The position numbers and the translations under genes were made by a program. 64,000 nucleotides of DNA, taken from Parcubacteria bacterium C7867-004 (lineage in GTDB: Bacteria > Patescibacteriota > Minisyncoccia > Phycocordibacterales > Phycocordibacteraceae). The notes below the pieces were generated by a model that was not told where the DNA came from, ran no database searches, and worked only from the letters and a program-made list of their open reading frames with translations. Positions 38,360-47,912 of this stretch are shown here, piece after piece (the first letter of the stretch is position 1; each line of letters opens with the position of its first letter). The DNA is taken from NCBI GenBank assembly GCA_001189075.1, contig LFCN01000006.1, positions 169,384 through 233,383 of the forward strand, read 5' to 3'.

Positions 38360-40342
38360 TTATTTGGCCACTCGGATTTTGATAGTTATTGTTGTGCCAG
38401 AATTTTGACCACACTCAGCAAATATAATTCCGTTGTGCAACTCTACAATTCGTTTGACTATTGCAAGTCCAATACCGGTTCCAGGAATATTCCGAGAAGC
38501 ATGATCTCCTCGATAAAATCTATCAAAGATGTAAGGTAAGTCAGTTGGGGCAATTCCTATCCCGCTGTCTATAATCGATAAAACTACAAAATCTGACTCG
38601 GTTCTCAATGAGAAGCCAATCTGTTTCGGCCCCTCTTCATTCATGTACTTCAGAGAATTGCTGGCAATATTAGTTATTGCCTCACGCATTCGTTTCCGGT
38701 CGCCATAAATATATATACCCGACTCAATCGCAAGGCCTACTTCTATTCCTCTGTTACCCGCGATGACCGTTATCTCCTCCGCAACTTCATGTGTAAGTTC
38801 TGAGAGGTTAAATAAATCGTTTACTTGATTTGCCTCGCTCTCTACTTGAGAAAGTGATAAGAGATCATAAATAAAAATCGAAAAGTTCTTCAACGATTGC
38901 TCGAAGGAACAAATGGTGCTATCTGTTCGAAGCCTAGAATCCATTCGGTCAAGTTTTGTCTGAAGTATCGCCAGTGGAGTCTGCAGATTGTGGGATAGAT
39001 CAGTAATTATTTGATGCTCCCTGATTCGTGATTCTTTGAGTTCTTGAGTTCTTTCTTCAACCTTTTGCTCTAATTCCGCTGCATGTTTTTCAACATCCAT
39101 AAAAAGTTGAACGCGAGAGAGACATGTTGCTGCCTGGTTTGTAAATGTAAGTAAAAGCTGTAAATCGCGTTTTTCATATGGATCACCCGATAATTTATTT
39201 CCAACGAATATACGACCGATGGTTTGTCCATCAGAGTTAATTGGCGCTGACATAGTTCCAACTGAGTCACTGTCCAGTTGTTCAACATCATTTTTGCAAC
39301 TGGATTCGCGAGTAAGTAGGACTCTGACGGATTGAGAATGAAATATTAGTGCAAGTTTTAATTCCACCTTATCAATAAATTCTTCAAATGTTCTAGCCGT
39401 GTAAAGAACCTCACTGAGTGAGTGCATTGCCTCCGCATAATCGTACGTGTCTTTAAAGAAAATCTTATCTGTGAGCTTTCGGAAACTTTTTTCGATTACA
39501 GGAATGCTGAAAGCACTGACCACTACAGCAATGCATGACGCAAAAAGTATGTTTATGTCTGATGAGTAAGTGACAAAGGTCTCTAGAACTACTATTATTG
39601 TGATATAAAATCCCACCACTAGGGTTATAAGTAGACTATAGGTTATTCCATTTCGAACCGCATTTTTAATGTCAAGTAACTGATGACGGGTGGTTGCGTA
39701 AACACAGCCCATTGCAAAAAAGATTGTACAAAGTGGGCCCAGTGAGTAGAACCTATACTCTCCAGTAAGAGGCAAGGCCACTGTAAATAATAGTGTGCCT
39801 GCTCCTGAGAGAATAAGTCCTGAAAGGGCATACCATAGTTGCATTCTTCTCGTATAGCCAGTTTTGTTTGCCAGCGCGTAAGCGAGACGCGCAATTCCAT
39901 AAAGTAAATTACTTAAGGAATATATAAAAACATAAGTATAAATTACACCAGGAACTATTTCTGCTGGACGCACGATTGGGAAAGACATCTCCAGTATTGC
40001 GTGTGGTGAGAATGACGCTGCAGCAAGGGCTATCCCTGGAAGCGCGTATAATAAGAATCTACGCCAAGGTGGAAAACGACCGTCAATAAGTAAGTCAGTG
40101 AGTACAAATTGCACTATAACTTTAAGCATGGCGACCATAAGTGCCAGGCTGCAGCTAATGTATAGGCAACTTGTTGTATAGCAGACATCTGCAATTACAT
40201 TACTTCCAATCCATATCGTCACCAGGACCAAGTAAGTTCCAAGAGTTACTTCAAGCGCCGATCGTCTTCGTATAAATAGAATTATGGATGCAACAGCGAA
40301 TATGACTGAGACGAATGCTGCTGCATAGGTTATTTCAAACAT
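38360..40342 (-). CDS. Sensor histidine kinase with a large polytopic membrane sensor domain
   Basis: About nine N-terminal TM helices. H-box ITDLSHNLQTPLAILQ. HATPase_c N/G boxes (…NSLKYM…IIDSGIGI…GTGIGLAIVKRIVELH…). Lies in a markedly AT-rich segment. Confidence 0.8.
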   Translation of the reverse strand: MFEITYAAAFVSVIFAVASIILFIRRRSALEVTLGTYLVLVTIWIGSNVIADVCYTTSCLYISCSLALMVAMLKVIVQFVLTDLLIDGRFPPWRRFLLYALPGIALAAASFSPHAILEMSFPIVRPAEIVPGVIYTYVFIYSLSNLLYGIARLAYALANKTGYTRRMQLWYALSGLILSGAGTLLFTVALPLTGEYRFYSLGPLCTIFFAMGCVYATTRHQLLDIKNAVRNGITYSLLITLVVGFYITIIVVLETFVTYSSDINILFASCIAVVVSAFSIPVIEKSFRKLTDKIFFKDTYDYAEAMHSLSEVLYTARTFEEFIDKVELKLALIFHSQSVRVLLTRESSCKNDVEQLDSDSVGTMSAPINSDGQTIGRIFVGNKLSGDPYEKRDLQLLLTFTNQAATCLSRVQLFMDVEKHAAELEQKVEERTQELKESRIREHQIITDLSHNLQTPLAILQTKLDRMDSRLRTDSTICSFEQSLKNFSIFIYDLLSLSQVESEANQVNDLFNLSELTHEVAEEITVIAGNRGIEVGLAIESGIYIYGDRKRMREAITNIASNSLKYMNEEGPKQIGFSLRTESDFVVLSIIDSGIGIAPTDLPYIFDRFYRGDHASRNIPGTGIGLAIVKRIVELHNGIIFAECGQNSGTTITIKIRVAK

Positions 40343-40397
40343 AACTAGTGAATGGTAAATCAGGAATGATGCTACTAATATTTCTTTTAATTCAGAC

Positions 40398-41066
40398 CTA
40401 TACTCCCATTCGATAGCCTCTTCCTGGCACAGTCTGTATCAAACGATCTTTACTCATGTCATCAAGTTTTTTTCGTAACGAGAGGATATGGGATTCAATT
40501 GTATTTGAGAAAATATCAACACTCATGTCCCATACGTGCTCAAGTATCATTCCACGAGAAAGTACAATACCCTCATTACGCATTAGGTACTGTAAAAGCA
40601 TAAATTCCTTTCGTGTAAGATAGACACGTTTATCGCCTTTACGTACGCTCCCGCTCCTGGCATCCAAGAAAATGTCGTCAACGATTAACTCGTCTTCCTC
40701 TAACCCAGCAGGCCGACGAAGCAATGCGCGAACTCGTGCAAGTAGTTCCTCAAGGATAAAAGGTTTTGTTAAGTAATCATCGGCGCCTGCATTAAGTAAT
40801 GTGACCTTGTCATTTATGCCCGTTTTTACTGAAACCACTAATATTGGTAAATTTTTTCCTACGGCTCGTATATCCTTACAGACTTGGATACCTTCTTTTT
40901 TAGGTAATAGATTGTCTAAAATAATAAGGTCGTAGTCATTTGTGCGAGCGAGGTATGATCCGATCTCTCCATCTACTGCGACATCGACTGCAAAAAATTC
41001 TGCAATTAAAGCTTCTTTAAGGAAGCATGCAATCTTAGGTTCGTCTTCTACTACTAGTATTCTCAT
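40398..41066 (-). CDS. OmpR/PhoB-family response regulator
   Basis: Receiver MRILVVEDEP…LIILD…K and a C-terminal winged-helix (…GRGYRMG). Upstream of, and probably co-transcribed with, the kinase. Confidence 0.85.
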   Translation of the reverse strand: MRILVVEDEPKIACFLKEALIAEFFAVDVAVDGEIGSYLARTNDYDLIILDNLLPKKEGIQVCKDIRAVGKNLPILVVSVKTGINDKVTLLNAGADDYLTKPFILEELLARVRALLRRPAGLEEDELIVDDIFLDARSGSVRKGDKRVYLTRKEFMLLQYLMRNEGIVLSRGMILEHVWDMSVDIFSNTIESHILSLRKKLDDMSKDRLIQTVPGRGYRMGV

Positions 41067-41269
41067 ATTTAGTAGAGATTTTATATTTTCATTAACTGCT
41101 CAAATGGTAGCAACCTCGGCAGCTCTTTTTGAGTAATTGATAAAATATGCTGTGAATAGCCCGCTTATTTTTCCTATATCTTTTCTCCAGGATTATTTTA
41201 TATTTATCTATCTTCTATATTTGCGTAACAAACTTGCCCTTACTACTTTCTGGCACTACAGTATGCAGT

Positions 41270-41974
41270 ATGCAAGCCGTAATAGTCGCCGCCGGAGAAG
41301 GGAAGCGCATGCAGCCGCTTACTTTCGAGCGCCCAAAGCCTCTTATTGAGGTGAATGGAAAACCCCTTATCGAGCACATCATTGATGCCTTGCCACCAGA
41401 AATTGACGAGATAATCATCGTCATCGGGTACAAGGGGCAAATGATCAAAGACCATCTCGGAGACTCTTACAAGGGTCGGAAAATAGTCTATGTCCATCAG
41501 TGGATGGCAGCTGGCACGGCGCACGCACTCTCTATGGCCCGCCCGTTTCTCAAGGGAAAGTTCCTCTTCATGTATGCGGATGACATCCATGGAGCCGAGG
41601 CGTTGGCGGAGACCATTAAGCATCCGTATTCGATACTCGCCGCTCCGCACGAGGATCCGTCGAAGTTCGGCGTTATAGAGAAGAATGAGGACGGGACGCT
41701 TTTGAGGATGGTTGAGAAGCCTGTGAATCCGGCAACCAACCTTGTTAATACTGGAGGCATCATGCTCGATGAGCGAATATTCGACTATCCGGCGCCGCGC
41801 CATGAGACCGGGGAGTACTACATAACCGAGCCTATCGAGAGCCTCTCAAAGGATCACCCTATTATGGTTATCGAGCAGCCGCTCTGGATACCGGTTGGCT
41901 ATCCGGATGATATAGCGAAAGCGGAGGAAATCCTGAAAGCTCGGGCGCTATCCCAAGATTCAGATCTTATCTAA
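41270..41974 (+). CDS. Sugar-phosphate nucleotidyltransferase (NTP_transferase family)
   Basis: MQAVIVAAGEGKRMQPLTFERPKPLIEV N-terminal signature G-x-G-x-R-x(n)-K. The start is corrected from 41234 to ATG 41270. Confidence 0.7.
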   Translation: MQAVIVAAGEGKRMQPLTFERPKPLIEVNGKPLIEHIIDALPPEIDEIIIVIGYKGQMIKDHLGDSYKGRKIVYVHQWMAAGTAHALSMARPFLKGKFLFMYADDIHGAEALAETIKHPYSILAAPHEDPSKFGVIEKNEDGTLLRMVEKPVNPATNLVNTGGIMLDERIFDYPAPRHETGEYYITEPIESLSKDHPIMVIEQPLWIPVGYPDDIAKAEEILKARALSQDSDLI

Positions 41975-42021
41975 GAAATCTCCAGCATCCCATCATCCAT
42001 ATAGAGCTACCTTAGCTCTAT

Positions 42022-42729
42022 ATGGCAAAGTCGAAAGAAAAACTGGAAGCGTATGCTCTGCGAAGGCAAGGCCAAAGCGTTAAGGAGATCGCCCGAAAGC
42101 TTGGCGTTGCAAGTAGCACGGTAAGTATCTGGACTCGGGATATACCCCTCACGGATGTTCAAAAGAAGCACTTGCTTGATCGACAGGTCGCAGCTGGCTA
42201 TCGAGGTCGCATACTAGGCGCAGAAACCAACAAAACAAGGAAAGCCGAGCGGATTCGAAAGGCTGCAGATACGGTTTCTAAGGAGATATCCTTATTCTCA
42301 AATGATGCTTTGTTCTTCACTGGTTTAGGTTTGTATTGGGGAGAAGGCACGAAAACGGAAACAAGTAGCGTTGGAGTTAGTAACACTGACCCAAGAGTCA
42401 TGCGATTGATGGTGCAATGGTTTACAGAATGCCTAGGAGTTAAGCGGTCAAGATTCATGCCAAGAGTATTCATCAGTGATACTCATAGAGATAGGGAGGA
42501 GACTATCACTCGCCATTGGATGGAAACTCTCGGTCTGCCTCGTACCCAGTTCAGGAAAACGGTTTTTCTTGATAAGGGTAAGAAGATTTACGAAAACCAC
42601 GATATGTATTATGGTGTTCTTGCACTCCGTGTGAGTAAGGGAGTAGACATCCGATATAGGATTCTCGCCCAAATCAGCCGAGTCGCGGAGCTTGTAAACG
42701 AAGATTGCTGGCGTAGCTCAGGTAGTTAG
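42022..42729 (+). CDS. HTH-containing protein with a single LAGLIDADG-like motif (candidate homing endonuclease)
   Basis: N-terminal HTH (SVKEIARKLGVASSTVSIW) and FFTGLGLYWGEGTK resembling the LAGLIDADG/GxxxGEG box. Lower GC than the flanks. The 3' end overlaps a tRNA-like sequence. Confidence 0.35.
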   Translation: MAKSKEKLEAYALRRQGQSVKEIARKLGVASSTVSIWTRDIPLTDVQKKHLLDRQVAAGYRGRILGAETNKTRKAERIRKAADTVSKEISLFSNDALFFTGLGLYWGEGTKTETSSVGVSNTDPRVMRLMVQWFTECLGVKRSRFMPRVFISDTHRDREETITRHWMETLGLPRTQFRKTVFLDKGKKIYENHDMYYGVLALRVSKGVDIRYRILAQISRVAELVNEDCWRSSGS

Positions 42730-42780
42730 AGCATCTCACTCATAAAGAGAAGGTCCCAAGTGCAAATCTTGGCGTCAGCA
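42707..42780 (+). tRNA. tRNA-like (anticodon CAT; Met/Ile2-type), possibly degenerate
   Basis: GCTGGCG-TA-GCTC…GAGC-A-TCTCA-CTCATAA-AGAGA-AGGTC-CCAAG-TGCAAAT-CTTGG-CGTCAGC-A. Good cloverleaf, but with a 31-39 A·A mismatch and G at T-loop position 55. No CCA encoded. Confidence 0.45.
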
Positions 42781-42863
42781 CAAGAGTTGTCTATGGCCCC
42801 GAAACGGGCTATATTCGAGAGGTTCGCAGGGCCACGAGTCGCGCGCTCGTGGCCATACAATCT

Positions 42864-42937
42864 GCGGTCGTAGCTCAACTGGTTAGAGCACCCGCCTGTC
42901 ACGCGGGAGGTTGCGAGTTCAAGTCTCGTCGACCGCG
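42864..42937 (+). tRNA. tRNA-Asp (GTC), no encoded CCA
   Basis: GCGGTCG TA GCTC AACTGGTT AGAGC A CCCGC CTGTCAC GCGGG AGGTT GCGAG TTCAAGT CTCGT CGACCGC G. Perfect cloverleaf. Confidence 0.85.
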
Positions 42938-42945
42938 CAAAGCAC

Positions 42946-42972
42946 AAGAGCCCCGAAAGGGGCTTTTGTCAT
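42946..42972 (+). terminator. Rho-independent terminator
   Basis: agagcccc-gaaa-ggggcttttgtc. Confidence 0.5.
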
Positions 42973-42998
42973 ACTTGGTACCCCCTATACTGAGTGTA

Positions 42999-43205
42999 AT
43001 GAAAACCATGATGTGGATTGGTATAGCAGTTGGGATCCTTGTTGTCGTCGGGTGGCTCTTCTATGCCTATGCGCTGATCAAGGATTCGCCGCTTTCCGGT
43101 GGTCCCGTATCGCCTACGAATCCTCCGCGCGTGCCCGCGAAGATATCCCTCAAAGAATATTTCCATCTCAAAGAAGGGATCCTTAAAGGAGGGATAATCG
43201 AATAG
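42999..43205 (+). CDS. Small single-TM hypothetical protein
   Basis: MKTMMWIGIAVGILVVVGWLFYAY… The track ORF from 42849 overlaps tRNA-Asp, so the start is moved to ATG 42999. Confidence 0.35.
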   Translation: MKTMMWIGIAVGILVVVGWLFYAYALIKDSPLSGGPVSPTNPPRVPAKISLKEYFHLKEGILKGGIIE

Positions 43206-43237
43206 CAATCGCTGTCCACTGGTACCGTATACTGCAC

Positions 43238-44077
43238 ATGATGAAAAAGTGGCTTATCCATTCTGGCGTCGTAGCACTCATCGCTTGCGGGATCGCGGCG
43301 TATCTTTATTTGCAACCTCAAGCGATGGATACGGAATTCCTGCAGCACGCTGAGGAGCTGATGGATGCGAAGATCGTCGCGGCGCCTCTGCGCAAGGAGG
43401 TGTATACGCGTACCGAAGGGAATGCGACCCTCACGATAACGTACCTGGACACAACTCGGGTCAGCGTGCACGGCTTTGCTACCTGGACTGGAACCGGAGT
43501 CGGCCAGGTCAATACCGGGGATTTTGATGCAACCACCACGATAGCCAATGGCAAGGTGCATATAACGAGCTCGGATGAGTTCGAAGGAGGCTATGGCGAT
43601 TCGTGCGCTATCGATATCTCTTTTTCTGAGGATAGAGCTTCTGTAGAAGTTAGCGATCAGGGGTGCATCTGGGGACTCAATGTGAGCTTCACCGGCACCT
43701 ATCGGGCGTCCGGAAAAGGAGATATCAAAGAGATCCTATCGAGCCAGGGAGCGACCTTTCCTGTGGATACAGGCGTAACATATGAAAGTCTGGGGACGGT
43801 TCATCTGGGATCGGTATCCTACGATGGAATCTATTACTCTTGGTCTGACCCGCATCCAGTGGGACAGGCAGTACACGGATCACAGAGACTGATAATCCTG
43901 AAGGGCGGCACCGAATATCTTGGAAACTACTCGATTGATTCGAGGCCCGAAGGAATTACTGATCAGCGAATCGTATTTAATCTGCCGGCCTCAGAAGGCA
44001 ATGAAATCATATTCACCGAAGCAGGTCCTCCTAAAACGGTCTTATTGGATGGTGAGAATCGAACCTTGCAGAAATAA
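43238..44077 (+). CDS. Hypothetical secreted or membrane-anchored protein
   Basis: N-terminal signal/anchor (WLIHSGVVALIACGIAAYLYL) and a Gly/Thr-rich beta-type domain. Confidence 0.45.
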   Translation: MMKKWLIHSGVVALIACGIAAYLYLQPQAMDTEFLQHAEELMDAKIVAAPLRKEVYTRTEGNATLTITYLDTTRVSVHGFATWTGTGVGQVNTGDFDATTTIANGKVHITSSDEFEGGYGDSCAIDISFSEDRASVEVSDQGCIWGLNVSFTGTYRASGKGDIKEILSSQGATFPVDTGVTYESLGTVHLGSVSYDGIYYSWSDPHPVGQAVHGSQRLIILKGGTEYLGNYSIDSRPEGITDQRIVFNLPASEGNEIIFTEAGPPKTVLLDGENRTLQK

Positions 44078-44083
44078 TTCTCG

Positions 44084-44301
44084 CTAGCTTCTTTTGGAAC
44101 TCTGCCGGATTGCGTTGAGTGTAATCGAGAACCAGGTGAGGAAGCACCCAAGTCCTACTATGAAGAAGCTAGCGCTTGCCTGGAAATACCAGGGAATGAG
44201 CGCTTCGATTTGATTCTCGTTCCAGATACCGACGAGCATCATGCTCGCACAGCTTATGAGGCAGATGAAGAAGATCCGGAATAGGATGTGTTTCGGCATA
44301 C
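44084..44301 (-). CDS. Small two-TM hypothetical membrane protein
   Basis: MPKHILFRIFFICLISCASMMLVGIW…FIVGLGCFLTWFSI. An internal Met was chosen because the longer ORF overlaps the adjacent gene start. Confidence 0.3.
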
Positions 44302-44391
44302 TAGTGTGAACTACAGGAACCCGTCTCGGGTTACGTATGTAAAGGGATAATCCGGATATAGGGAGCATCAACTGTTTGGTATGATGTCCCC

Positions 44392-45588
44392 ATGGATATC
44401 CGTGAAGCTGCGCAGACGCTCCTGCGCGCCAACCGCAGGCGCACGCGCGACGGGCACCAATACACGGTACCGTCACCCTCCACCTATCCATATCAATGGC
44501 TCTGGGATTCCTGTTTCCACGCCATCATCCTCGCGAAATTCGATCCCGACGCCGCGAAGGCGGAGCTCTTCTCGCTCCTTTCCCGGCAGCTCAAGGACGG
44601 CCTCATTCCGCACATGATCTTCTGGAAGCCGAAGCTCTCGCGCCCGTATAACGTGTGGTGGGACAAGGGAGGGGTAAGCTCGATCACGCAGCCGCCGATG
44701 CTCGCGTATGCTGCCTGGGAGATTTATGAGCAGACCAAAGACCGCGCGTTCCTTAAGGAGATCTTCCCGCAGATGCTCGCGTTTTATACGTACCTTGTCG
44801 AGAAGCGCGATCCGCATGATCACCATCTGATAAGCATTGTGAATCCGGACGAGTCCGGGGAGGACAATTCGCCGCGCTTCGATACGGCGCTCCGCGTCAA
44901 ATCAAACATCTCGTTCCTCTCGCACATGCTGAAGCGTCATCAGCTCGTGACAGCGAACCGTACCTGTTCGTTTGATCCCCTCGTCTGCATGCATGAGCGC
45001 TTCTGGGTGAAGGACGTGCCGTTCAACGCGATGATGGTGAAGAACCTAGAGATTCTCGCCAAGATCGCGCGTGTGCTTGGCGACGCGGAAGCGGAACAGT
45101 TTGCGACCCTCAATCACGACCTCATAAAGTTCACGATGCGCGAGTACCTCATGGCGGAAGGAGTGTTCTGGTCCGCTATCGGGCTCGAGCACGGCCATCT
45201 AAAGGTTTCAACCTGGGCGCATTTCATACCGCTCTTCGCAGGACTCTATACTCCAGAGGAAGCGAAGGCGGTTGTAGATGAGCATTTCCATAACACCGAG
45301 ACGTTCCGCTCGTCGTACGGGATCCGCACGGTCTCGAAGCAGGAAGCTTCATATCGCCGTGACGGTTTCTGGCGCGGCCCGATCTGGTTCGCCCCGCACT
45401 GGTTCATATATAAGGGCCTCAAGGACTACGGATTCGAAGCGGAAGCCACGTGGCTCAGCAAAGCGACGATCGAATTGGTAGAGCGGCATGGATTCAGGGA
45501 GTATTTCGACCCGGAAACTGGGAAGGCGTATGGCGCTCACAACTTCACCTGGGGCACCCTCGTGCTTGATATGATGGAAGACGTATGA
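44392..45588 (+). CDS. Six-hairpin glycoside hydrolase-like protein (GH63 / GDE_C / glucosyl- or mannosylglycerate hydrolase-like)
   Basis: PYQWLWDSCFHAI and WW…GG…QPPMLAYA motifs typical of (alpha/alpha)6-barrel glycosidases. Confidence 0.55.
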   Translation: MDIREAAQTLLRANRRRTRDGHQYTVPSPSTYPYQWLWDSCFHAIILAKFDPDAAKAELFSLLSRQLKDGLIPHMIFWKPKLSRPYNVWWDKGGVSSITQPPMLAYAAWEIYEQTKDRAFLKEIFPQMLAFYTYLVEKRDPHDHHLISIVNPDESGEDNSPRFDTALRVKSNISFLSHMLKRHQLVTANRTCSFDPLVCMHERFWVKDVPFNAMMVKNLEILAKIARVLGDAEAEQFATLNHDLIKFTMREYLMAEGVFWSAIGLEHGHLKVSTWAHFIPLFAGLYTPEEAKAVVDEHFHNTETFRSSYGIRTVSKQEASYRRDGFWRGPIWFAPHWFIYKGLKDYGFEAEATWLSKATIELVERHGFREYFDPETGKAYGAHNFTWGTLVLDMMEDV

Positions 45589-46508
45589 TCGATTCCCTCG
45601 ACGACCAGCTCGGCTATGTCCCCGAAGTAGTAGGCACGGTCTCACGCCCGAAGGTCCTGGTGTGTGGAGGCATGGGAGGCTCGTTCCTGCCTGCGCTCGC
45701 ACTCCGCTTTCTGGGTGCCACTCCCTATGTCATCGCGCATCGTGACTATGGGCTTCCGTCCCCGGTTCTCGAAGGTGCCACCTATGTAGCAATATCCTAT
45801 TCGGGTGAGACCGAAGAGACGGTTTCCTTCGCTAAAGAAGCAATCGCGAACGGACTGCCGCTCTCGGTTATTGCAGGAGGGGGAACGCTGCTCGCGTTAG
45901 CTTCGGAGCATAACCTTCCGCATGTGGTTATCCCGCAGGGTCCGGTCCCGCGCGAAGCGCTCATCGTCATGGTGCGGGCACTCCTCGCACTCATCGGGGA
46001 AGAGCACCTGCTTCCTGACTCAGCCTCTTTCGATCAGGGAGGAGCCGAGCATGAAGGAGAAGTGCTCGCGGGTCTGCTTTCAGAACGTCTACCGATCTTC
46101 TATTCTTCAGGACGCAACGAAGCGTTGTCCTATTTCGCGAAGATATTCTCGAACGAGACCGCCAAGATCCCGGCATTCGCGAACGTATTGCCTGAGTTCA
46201 ATCATAACGAACTACAGGGTTTCGGTGGTATCGACAGCTCACGCGCGCTGCGTGATCCGCTTTACGGAGTCTTTCTCGCGGATGCTACCGATCACGAACG
46301 CGTTCAGAAGCGGATGGCACTGACCCAGAGGGTTCTTTCAGGTGCGGGCGTGCCGAGCGTCAAGATCGACCTCCCGAGCGCCTCCCGTGTAGAAACTTTG
46401 CTCTACGGCTTCTGGCTCATCCGCACCACAGCGCATGCGCTCGCGAAACAGTACGGCGTCGATCCCGACGAGACGAAGTTAATCGATTCCTTTAAGACGA
46501 TGCTATGA
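45585..46508 (+). CDS. Bifunctional phosphoglucose/phosphomannose isomerase (SIS domain)
   Basis: VLVCGGMGGSFLPALAL…AISYSGETEET SIS motifs. Start overlaps the upstream stop by 4 nt. Confidence 0.7.
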   Translation: MIDSLDDQLGYVPEVVGTVSRPKVLVCGGMGGSFLPALALRFLGATPYVIAHRDYGLPSPVLEGATYVAISYSGETEETVSFAKEAIANGLPLSVIAGGGTLLALASEHNLPHVVIPQGPVPREALIVMVRALLALIGEEHLLPDSASFDQGGAEHEGEVLAGLLSERLPIFYSSGRNEALSYFAKIFSNETAKIPAFANVLPEFNHNELQGFGGIDSSRALRDPLYGVFLADATDHERVQKRMALTQRVLSGAGVPSVKIDLPSASRVETLLYGFWLIRTTAHALAKQYGVDPDETKLIDSFKTML

Positions 46509-47290
46509 GCCGATTAGTGTTCGACATCGGAGGGACGCATACCCGCATAGCGATCGCTGAGAACGGGGTACTCACGCAGTTGGAGAAAGTGCCGACGCCG
46601 CAAGACCCGAAGGAGGCGGTAGAACTGATGCGGGCGTACGCGCTTGCTCAGGGTGTGCATCTTACGGATATCGTGGGAGGAATCGCCGGAGTCGTTGCTG
46701 ACGGCGTTATTGTCCGCTGCTCCCCCTATCTGCCTCAGTGGCAGGGATTCGATATGCGCGGAGAGCTCTCCAAGGCGCTCACGGTGCCCGTTCAGGTGTA
46801 TAACGACGCGGAGCTTGCCGCCTTGGGTGAGACGCTTGCGGGAGCGGGCAAGGGGCACGGCATTGTCGGGTACCTCACTATCGGTACCGGTGTCGGTGGC
46901 GCGCTCATAGTGAACGGAGGACCGGTTCCGCATGTCGAGGGACACGAGCCGGGCAAGCAGGTGCTTGACTATGAGAGCGGTGCGACGCTTGAGAGCCTCG
47001 TCGGCGGCACAGCGCTGGCGGCCGAATTCGGCATGCCGGCTTCCGAGCTTCCTCGTGCGGTATATGAGGAGCGGACGTCCGTTCTTGCTACGGGCATATA
47101 CAACACGATCCGCATCTGGTCTCCGGACATTTTCATACTCAATGGCCCGCTCATGAATGATGAGAACGGGTTCGTGCTTGAGGAAGTCTCAAGGGAACTT
47201 GCGAAGATTGCCGGCGATGTCCCTATGCCACCGTTAGCGCATGCTGCGCTCGGTGATCTGAGCGGTCTTACGGGGGCGATGCTACGCTAA
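46505..47290 (+). CDS. ROK-family sugar kinase (glucokinase-like)
   Basis: VFDIGGTHTRIAI and VYNDAELAALGE…GYLTIGTGVGGALIVNG ROK signatures. Start overlaps the upstream stop by 4 nt. Confidence 0.7.
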   Translation: MSRLVFDIGGTHTRIAIAENGVLTQLEKVPTPQDPKEAVELMRAYALAQGVHLTDIVGGIAGVVADGVIVRCSPYLPQWQGFDMRGELSKALTVPVQVYNDAELAALGETLAGAGKGHGIVGYLTIGTGVGGALIVNGGPVPHVEGHEPGKQVLDYESGATLESLVGGTALAAEFGMPASELPRAVYEERTSVLATGIYNTIRIWSPDIFILNGPLMNDENGFVLEEVSRELAKIAGDVPMPPLAHAALGDLSGLTGAMLR

Positions 47291-47294
47291 GAGT

Positions 47295-47912
47295 ATGTCT
47301 ATCGAGGTCCAGTCGAATTGGCCGAAGAAGCCGGAAGGCCGGAAAGAGCTCACCGATGAAGCGCGGGAGATGATGTATGCAGAGGGCGGACTAACGACCA
47401 TCGAGGAAGGAGAGAAGGTCCAGGTTGATTTCGATTTCGAACGGTTCAAGGGGTATTCGTTCGAGCTGATAGGAAAGTTACAGCGTCTCGCCGCTGCATG
47501 TTCCTATTTCCTCGAGCGACCGGTTACAACCGATAGGTTCGAGGATCATCTCGAGCGCAGGGACTGGAGGAACAAGTACATAGAAGAATACGGGGACGAG
47601 TCGAGATTGCTGCTTGAGCGGAACCGTCTGCGCTTCAATATCATCCAGGGAGCCTATGGATTCGCAAAGCAGGCGCTCGTGGCCCTCGCTGCTGATCCGA
47701 ATGATCCCCAAGCTCTCGCTGATGTGCGTTCGACAGTCGATCGCATGACCGCTCCCATCGATGCCTACGGGGATCCCGTTGCATTCAAGAATGCCTATTT
47801 CCTCATGCCGATGAATGAAAAGATCGCTCTGGTCCTTGAGCTCAGTGATGCGGCGCGCGACTACCTACAATTGGTGACGAAGCAAAAGGCTGAGGAGCGG
47901 ATCGCGGCGTAA
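47295..47912 (+). CDS. Hypothetical protein
   Basis: 205-aa acidic soluble protein with no motif recognised. Confidence 0.4.
   Translation: MSIEVQSNWPKKPEGRKELTDEAREMMYAEGGLTTIEEGEKVQVDFDFERFKGYSFELIGKLQRLAAACSYFLERPVTTDRFEDHLERRDWRNKYIEEYGDESRLLLERNRLRFNIIQGAYGFAKQALVALAADPNDPQALADVRSTVDRMTAPIDAYGDPVAFKNAYFLMPMNEKIALVLELSDAARDYLQLVTKQKAEERIAA

Noticed and set aside
42849-42998. N-terminal 50 codons of track ORF 42849..43205
   Set aside because: This part overlaps tRNA-Asp and its terminator on the same strand. The coding region is more plausibly the C-terminal 68 codons from ATG 42999.
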